From the IMG/VR virus record IMGVR_UViG_3300036781_000633: a DNA stretch of 21,877 nucleotides; one strand, given 5' to 3'. The translations under genes and the position numbers were made by a program. How positions within the stretch are numbered: the stretch's first letter is position 1; the number at the start of each line of letters is the position of its first letter. Below are positions 16,441 to 21,877 of the stretch, in pieces. This DNA is from an uncultured virus (IMG/VR IMGVR_UViG_3300036781_000633) (Duplodnaviria > Heunggongvirae > Uroviricota > Caudoviricetes). Below the pieces are notes generated by a model. That model was not told the origin of the DNA and did not search any database. It was given only the letters and a program-made list of their open reading frames with translations.

Positions 16441-17490
16441 ATGACGACGACAGCAAGGGAGGTGGAACTCAAGGATCTCCATCTCGAGCACGCGATGTGG
16501 GCAAACCCACGCACGACGACAGGACTTGGCAGCGACGATCTCGACGACCTCGCGGCGTCGATCAAGGAACGCGGGATCTTGGTGCCGCTGGAGGTCTTGC
16601 GGGTCAAGAACGAGGACGGTGGCGTCATCGACCTGGTGGTCGACGGGCAGCGTCGGGTGCTCGCGGCGAAACTCGCCGGGTTCAAGGGCTCCGCGCCGAT
16701 CCCGGTGGTCGATGCGCGCGAGGACACGCTCGAGTTCAACTGGCACGAGAGTGACGGTGTGTTCCTCGACATGCTCAGTATCGCGGTACAGCGCGTCGGT
16801 CTCTCCAGCTTCGAGCTCAGCGAAGCGGCCGAGCGGCTCAAGAACCGCGGCAAGAACGGCGAGGAAATTGCCCGCGCGATCAACAAGTCGGCCTCCTGGG
16901 TGAGCCGCATGCTCAAGGCTCGAGCATCGGCCGACCCGAAGATCTTGGCGGCATGGAAGGCAGGCAAGCTGACCGACGAGGTGTTCAAGGATCTCTCTGA
17001 CGTCGCCACCGCGAAGCAGAGCGACGCGCTCGACGACTACCTGGGCGTGAAGAAAAGCGACCGGGGCGGTGCTCGCGCGATGGCCAAGGAGGCGAAGGCG
17101 AAGACCGTGAAGAACGGCCACGCCAAGCACAAGCCTGTGGTCTCCGGCGAACAGAAGACGCTCTTCGAAGACGACCACGCGGAAGCCAAGGCCAAGAAGA
17201 ACCAGCCGCCCCGCAAGGACTTCCTCGAGGAGCTCGTCGCGCTCTCCGAAAAGCGGACGCCGACCTCGGACTACGTCAAGGGCATCATGGACGGAGTCGG
17301 CTACACCCTCGGCACGAAACAGCTCGACGAGTTCTCGCCCGCCTGGGCGAAGTATGTCAACCGCGTCGGTGGCAGCGCGACAACGAGTTTTTCCTCGCCG
17401 AAAGCAAAGAAAGGCAAGGCCAAGGGCAAGATCTCCAAGCCCACCAAGGCTCGCAAGCCATCGAAGAAGTCTGCTAAAAAGAAACGGTGA
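16441..17490 (+). CDS. parB: ParB/RepB/Spo0J-family protein with HTH and Lys-rich tail
   Basis: AAGGA RBS. NPR...LAASIKERGILVPL...VDGQRRVLAA (ParB/Srx domain), EEIARAINKSASWVSRML (HTH) and a Lys-rich C-terminus. Confidence 0.85.
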   Translation: MTTTAREVELKDLHLEHAMWANPRTTTGLGSDDLDDLAASIKERGILVPLEVLRVKNEDGGVIDLVVDGQRRVLAAKLAGFKGSAPIPVVDAREDTLEFNWHESDGVFLDMLSIAVQRVGLSSFELSEAAERLKNRGKNGEEIARAINKSASWVSRMLKARASADPKILAAWKAGKLTDEVFKDLSDVATAKQSDALDDYLGVKKSDRGGARAMAKEAKAKTVKNGHAKHKPVVSGEQKTLFEDDHAEAKAKKNQPPRKDFLEELVALSEKRTPTSDYVKGIMDGVGYTLGTKQLDEFSPAWAKYVNRVGGSATTSFSSPKAKKGKAKGKISKPTKARKPSKKSAKKKR

Positions 17491-17747
17491 GCACGCGCCG
17501 TCGCCGGATGATGCCGCAAGGCGCCTGGCGTACGTGCACGAAGGACTGCGGGTACAAGACGTACACCGCCCACACCGGACCGCTCCCATGTCCGGTGCTG
17601 GGCTGTTTGGGCGAGCTCGGGTTGCCGCTAACGTGGCCCCATATCTGCTCGCACGGCCACTCCAGGGATGTGGAGGCGACCGATCTGCCTCGCCGGACGA
17701 TCCCGGAGGCGTTCTGTGAAGAGTGCCCACCTATCGTCGAAGGTTGA
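17487..17747 (+). CDS. 86-aa Cys-rich (zinc-binding) protein
   Basis: GTGA coupling. CTKDC, CPVLGC, CSHGH and CEEC motifs. Confidence 0.6.
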   Translation: MSTRRRRMMPQGAWRTCTKDCGYKTYTAHTGPLPCPVLGCLGELGLPLTWPHICSHGHSRDVEATDLPRRTIPEAFCEECPPIVEG

Positions 17748-17804
17748 TGCCCCGGGATCTGCACCCGGTAGCGCTGTCACACGCAGAGGTGATACTTCGG
17801 TGAC

Positions 17805-18053
17805 ATGGGAGCACTGAAAGACCTCTTCGATTCCGCGCACTCGATGTTCGCGGTCATCCTATCCATCGGTGCCGTCGTGCTCACTGCGTTGGGCAAGATG
17901 ACGACCGACCAGTTCATCACGTACAGCGAGTGGATCTACGGGATCTTCGCTGGCGCCACGGCGGGGATCACCGTCGCCGACAAGCTTGCCACTGGAAAGG
18001 TGGAGGCGGCCAAGGCCGCCGCCATCATCGCGTCCATGCCCAAGGCTGCGTAA
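17805..18053 (+). CDS. 82-aa two-TM membrane protein, holin-like
   Basis: Two hydrophobic segments (MFAVILSIGAVVLTALG and WIYGIFAGATAGITVA), upstream of a peptidase. Confidence 0.65.
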   Translation: MGALKDLFDSAHSMFAVILSIGAVVLTALGKMTTDQFITYSEWIYGIFAGATAGITVADKLATGKVEAAKAAAIIASMPKAA

Positions 18054-18063
18054 GGAGCCGCCC

Positions 18064-18441
18064 ATGTCTCGCATCATCGTTCCGCTGTCGCTGTTCGTGC
18101 TCACGTTTGTCATCTGCATTGGTCTCGTCGCCGTCCCGTCGTGCTCGACGCTAAAGGCGGATACGCCCGGCGATGTCGTCGACTGCACTGGGTCGAACCT
18201 CTCCGCGCTCGCGGCGCTCCTGAAGGGACAGTCCGAGGACGCGATTCTATCGGCGGCGGAGTCCGCTGGTTTGCAGATCGGCGGATGCATCATCGCCGAG
18301 CTCATCAACCAGTGGGAGGCCGGACACAAGGTCGGGGTGACCGCGACCGTGATCGCGGGCGATCCGCACGCGCTGATGGACTGGTTCCGCGCGAAGGTCG
18401 CGCCCGGGAAGACGTTCAAGACGACGGCGGGGGCGCGATGA
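18064..18441 (+). CDS. 125-aa putative lipoprotein
   Basis: AAGGAG RBS. Hydrophobic N-terminus ending VAVPSC. Confidence 0.7.
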   Translation: MSRIIVPLSLFVLTFVICIGLVAVPSCSTLKADTPGDVVDCTGSNLSALAALLKGQSEDAILSAAESAGLQIGGCIIAELINQWEAGHKVGVTATVIAGDPHALMDWFRAKVAPGKTFKTTAGAR

Positions 18442-19205
18442 TCGGGCTCCACGCGGGCGTCCGGCTCGGCAAGATGGCGCCTCGGTACGATCCGCGAACG
18501 CTCCTCATGGCGAGTTACGTCAAGCACGAGTTCATCCCGCCACCGCCCGACAAACGTTACTGGTCGGCGAAGGCCGCCTCCGACTGGGGGATGATGAAAA
18601 ACGACGTGCTGGGGGACTGCACGTGTGCGGCCATCGGACACCTGATCCAGGCGTGGACCGCGAACTCTACCACCGAGGTCACGATCTCCGATGACGACGT
18701 GGTGCGTCTGTATGAAGAGTTCTGCGGCTACAAGCCGGGCGATCCCGGCACCGATGAGGGCGGCGTCGAGCTCGACGTCCTCAATGGCTTCGTGAAGCAG
18801 GGTGCCGCCGGGCACAAGATCGACGGCTATGTCGCGCTCGAGCCGCACAACCACGACCACGTGCGCGCGTCCATCGACCTCTTCGGTGGCATCTACACCG
18901 GTGTGGCGCTCCCGCTTTCGGCGCAGGACCAGAAGGTATGGAGCGTCGTTCGTCACGCGCCGAACGCCACCCCGGGATCGTGGGGCGGTCACGCCATCGC
19001 CATCGTGGACTACGACAAGAGCGGGCTTGCGTGCGTGACCTGGGGCGCGCTCAAGCGCATGACCTGGCAGTGGTTCGATATGTATTGCGACGAGGCGTAC
19101 GCCATCCTCTCCCAGGATTGGGCGAACGCCGGACGCATGGCGCCGTCGGGCTTCGACTACGCCGCACTCACCGCCGATCTGGCCTCGCTGCGTCACGCGG
19201 GCTGA
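18438..19205 (+). CDS. Papain-like (C1-type) cysteine peptidase
   Basis: ATGA coupling. NDVLGDCTCAA (Cys), WGGHAIAIVDYD (His) and CVTWG (equivalent of NSWG). Confidence 0.8.
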   Translation: MIGLHAGVRLGKMAPRYDPRTLLMASYVKHEFIPPPPDKRYWSAKAASDWGMMKNDVLGDCTCAAIGHLIQAWTANSTTEVTISDDDVVRLYEEFCGYKPGDPGTDEGGVELDVLNGFVKQGAAGHKIDGYVALEPHNHDHVRASIDLFGGIYTGVALPLSAQDQKVWSVVRHAPNATPGSWGGHAIAIVDYDKSGLACVTWGALKRMTWQWFDMYCDEAYAILSQDWANAGRMAPSGFDYAALTADLASLRHAG

Positions 19206-19218
19206 TCTACGATTAGGC

Positions 19219-19800
19219 GTGCCGTCGCGCGACGTTAACCAGTGCTGCTACAAAGAGGGGCGTCGTCGGTGCCGAAAGAACGGTACCGGCAACCCGCCGC
19301 TCTGCAACGCGCACCGCATCGCGTTCGCCGAGCAACTCGCGCCGGAACACGCGGCCGATCCGACGCTGGGCGATCTGGCGTCGGAGTTCCTGAATGGTGG
19401 GAGGATCAGCCTCGACGACGCGGTCCGGGCGGCGACCGGATGGGTGATGGGCGGCAACTACGGCCGCTTTTATCCGCCGACCGACGCGACACGACCGCCG
19501 CGCGTGACGCACACGGCCTCCCCATGGCAGAACATGTCGCCGGACGAGATCCTCCATGATCTCCGCCAAGGCGTCCGCTCGCAATCTCCCCCGCCGCCCA
19601 AGCCGCCGCCTCGCGACCCCCTCGAGCAGAAGCGCAAGGAGGCGAGGGTCGTGCTGGGGTTCGCGCCGAACGACGAGCTCGACGCCCAGCGCATTCGTCG
19701 GCGGCACCGCGAGCTCGCGATGCGGCATCACCCGGATCGCGGGGGATCTGTCGCTAAGATGGCGAAAATCAACGCGGCTGTCGACGTGCTCCTGGGCTGA
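19219..19800 (+). CDS. J-domain (DnaJ-like) protein with N-terminal Cys/His motif
   Basis: C-terminal ARVVLGF...RELAMRHHPDRGGS...INAAVDVL contains HPD. N-terminal CC...C...CNAH. Confidence 0.85.
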   Translation: MPSRDVNQCCYKEGRRRCRKNGTGNPPLCNAHRIAFAEQLAPEHAADPTLGDLASEFLNGGRISLDDAVRAATGWVMGGNYGRFYPPTDATRPPRVTHTASPWQNMSPDEILHDLRQGVRSQSPPPPKPPPRDPLEQKRKEARVVLGFAPNDELDAQRIRRRHRELAMRHHPDRGGSVAKMAKINAAVDVLLG

Positions 19801-19816
19801 CTGGTAGCATCGCTCG

Positions 19817-20569
19817 GTGGCGGAACCGAACCAGTCCCGTGCGGATCAGGCCACCGCGATCCTGAACACGTACGCGACTTGGATCGACCAGTACCGAGGT
19901 GGGATGTCGCGCGAATTCGCGGCGACGATCATGCTTTGGGAGAGCGGCGGCAACTTCAATGCCCCGGGCGATCCGAGTCTGGGCGAGGTTGGGTTCTACC
20001 AGGTCGCGCAGTACGTCCCCGCCGAGTTTGGCCTTCCGCCCGAAGCTCGCAACGATCCCGAGGGCAACGTCTGCATCGGCCTGGCCGAGTACGGGCTCGA
20101 GAACTTGACGTGGTACCTGTTCCTGCCATCGCTGATCGCGCGTGATTCGCGTGACGCATGGATGCTCGCGCGGCTCTCGTTTGCCATCGGCCGCGGTGGT
20201 TCCCAGCAACTGGCGTCGATGGCAGCGGCGAGCTCGCCTGGGGACGTATTCGGCGACATCGTACGCTACGTCACCGCGAACGGAGCTCCGGCACTCGGCT
20301 CCCAGTCCGGCGCGAAGGTGCAGCAACGCGTGGTTGACATCCTGACGCAGATGCAGATCGCCGACCTCGTGGGCCCGAACCTGTTCGGTCCACCAACGTT
20401 TCCTCCACCGCCGCCAGGTGTCGATTCGAACGGCACGCCGTACGATCAGCTATGGACGGCGCCGCCCCAGGTCGCGCCGTACTACTCGCAACCGCTCGGC
20501 TGGGACATCTGGCTTGGGCTTGGACTTGTGGCGGGGGCGGCGTACTTTCTATTTGGGAGACGTTCATGA
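19817..20569 (+). CDS. SLT-like lytic transglycosylase with C-terminal membrane anchor
   Basis: ATIMLWESGGNFNA (catalytic Glu motif), GFYQV and DPEGNV. Pro-rich linker, then WLGLGLVAGAAYFLF followed by GRRS. Confidence 0.75.
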   Translation: MAEPNQSRADQATAILNTYATWIDQYRGGMSREFAATIMLWESGGNFNAPGDPSLGEVGFYQVAQYVPAEFGLPPEARNDPEGNVCIGLAEYGLENLTWYLFLPSLIARDSRDAWMLARLSFAIGRGGSQQLASMAAASSPGDVFGDIVRYVTANGAPALGSQSGAKVQQRVVDILTQMQIADLVGPNLFGPPTFPPPPPGVDSNGTPYDQLWTAPPQVAPYYSQPLGWDIWLGLGLVAGAAYFLFGRRS

Positions 20570-21066
20570 AAGCACCACCGCCATCACTGCGCCGCATGCC
20601 ACCGCCGCACGTCAGTCCGATGACGCAGCGGCAAGCACAGATCCTGAAGGCGCCACCGAACAAGATCGATCCGGTGCAGATGGATCGCAACGTCGCCCAG
20701 GCGCACGCGCCCCGGACCACGCAGGGCGATCTCCGCACCGACGCGTTCACGTACTTCACGAAAGCCGACATCACCGACCGGCTCTACAACGGCGACCGGC
20801 TGTGGGCGCGCGTGCTCTTGACACTGGAAAGCGCAGGGCCGGTGGCGGTCGGGACCCGAGCCACCATCACGCCGGTGCTCTCGGGGCAGGGTCAGCTGTT
20901 GACCACCGGCCAGACGCGTGAGTTCATCATCGGCAAGGGTACCGTGCTCTACATCGCATCCACCACCGTGAACCGGGTGTCCGTGACCATCGAGCCCATC
21001 GCGTGGGCGGAGCAGATCACCGGACTTATCACGGCACTGCTCACTGGGGCTCCGGTGAGCAAGTGA
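20566..21066 (+). CDS. 166-aa putative structural protein (Pro-rich N-terminus, beta-rich C-terminus)
   Basis: GGGAGA RBS and coupling at both ends. Alternating hydrophobic strand-like segments. Confidence 0.7.
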   Translation: MKAPPPSLRRMPPPHVSPMTQRQAQILKAPPNKIDPVQMDRNVAQAHAPRTTQGDLRTDAFTYFTKADITDRLYNGDRLWARVLLTLESAGPVAVGTRATITPVLSGQGQLLTTGQTREFIIGKGTVLYIASTTVNRVSVTIEPIAWAEQITGLITALLTGAPVSK

Positions 21067-21854
21067 CCTACCCGCAACCCGACTCCAATCTGGCGCTGAT
21101 CGAAGGGTTCAACTTCTTTCGCCTGAACTCCGAGCTCGTCTCGCCCGGCGACATCTTCGAATCCACCCAGAGCTCGTACGCGATCTGCGTCGGCCCGGAC
21201 TCGGACATCGCCAATTATGGCTGCGCTTATTTTGATACCCAGGCACCCGACAACGTGCAGTTGCTGACGTTCTCTCCCCAACGCGGTTTCTCGGGACTCA
21301 TCCCGGCGCTCGCGGGTCAGTACGCGCCCTCGGGGCGTCCGGGGAAGACGCTCTTCTGGAGCAACGATCTCTTCGACCCGGCATACGTGCCCAGCGCCGG
21401 GATCGGTGCCGGTGGTTCCATCGAACGGGTGCAACCCATCTTCGATGTGATCCAGTACTTCACCGAAGAACCATCGATCACGCCACAGCGGACCGACAAG
21501 GTCTTCTTCTATCAGCAGATCCCGATCGACATCGTCTCCGCGGGCACGTCGTACGTGATCATCCCGTTTTACGGACGCAAGAGCGCGTCGATTCGATTCG
21601 CGAATGTCGGTAATGGCTCGCTGGCCTTTGGCGTGCTGGGCGTCAATTATTATGCGGTCACCTTGGGCAAGGCCGTCGAGACCGTGATCCATGCATCCGC
21701 TCTGGTCGCCGCTAACGCGCAGGTGTTCGTACCGGTCACATTTGCCGCCAACGGAGCCTTCGACGCCATCGTGTGCTCCGTCGGCCTCTTGACCGGGGGC
21801 ACCTATACGGCTGGAGACTTTCCGTTGACCATCACGGTATCGGATCAGGAGTAA
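21063..21854 (+). CDS. 263-aa beta-rich putative virion protein
   Basis: GTGA coupling. Rich in F/Y/V/I/G/S/T with few charged residues. Confidence 0.7.
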   Translation: MTYPQPDSNLALIEGFNFFRLNSELVSPGDIFESTQSSYAICVGPDSDIANYGCAYFDTQAPDNVQLLTFSPQRGFSGLIPALAGQYAPSGRPGKTLFWSNDLFDPAYVPSAGIGAGGSIERVQPIFDVIQYFTEEPSITPQRTDKVFFYQQIPIDIVSAGTSYVIIPFYGRKSASIRFANVGNGSLAFGVLGVNYYAVTLGKAVETVIHASALVAANAQVFVPVTFAANGAFDAIVCSVGLLTGGTYTAGDFPLTITVSDQE

Positions 21855-21858
21855 CGAG

Positions 21859-21877
21859 ATGCCACCAGCAGCATCAC
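21859..21877 (+). CDS. Start of the next gene, truncated by the right window edge
   Basis: AGGAG (21847-21851) lies 7 nt before ATG 21859 (MPPAAS...). Confidence 0.5.

Larger units (their letters stand above)
1..21877. mobile_element. Bacteriophage/provirus genome segment (ends outside the window)
   Basis: Divergent, densely coupled operons of small orphans, an orphan C5 MTase, ParB, holin-like, peptidase and transglycosylase genes. No host core genes. Confidence 0.85.

Noticed and set aside
16270..19196. 486-aa and 445-aa minus-strand ORFs
   Set aside because: Antisense to ParB and the peptidase, with typical shadow composition and no RBS or motifs. Unlike MTase frame B, they supply no missing functional motif.

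Overview
A GC-rich, tightly packed bacteriophage or provirus-like segment. I found no host housekeeping genes, rRNA/tRNA, CRISPR array, integrase, terminase, portal or tail genes. Two arms diverge from a palindrome-rich control region at about 5603-5984. The left arm (minus strand) encodes a Cys/His-rich protein, an acidic protein, a 570-aa coiled-coil protein, a transglutaminase-like Cys-His-Asp enzyme, a 678-aa C-terminally membrane-anchored protein and a gene cut by the window edge. The right arm (plus strand) starts with about 20 small, mostly translationally coupled early-type genes. These are followed by a C5 cytosine methyltransferase, an orphan ParB-like protein, a holin-like/lipoprotein/papain-like peptidase cluster, a J-domain protein, a membrane-anchored SLT-like transglycosylase and two beta-rich putative virion proteins. 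The methyltransferase is apparently split over two fully overlapping reading frames (M.EcoHK31I-like alpha/beta), with four WPT repeats in the second frame. The gene set suggests, by inference only, a tailless internal-membrane virus. Non-coding signals include twin C-ATG-G hairpins before two genes and a 25-nt repeat at three consecutive gene junctions. Many starts were moved from the ORF track to the coupled or RBS-supported codon. Family assignments come from motif recognition by eye, not from database searches.
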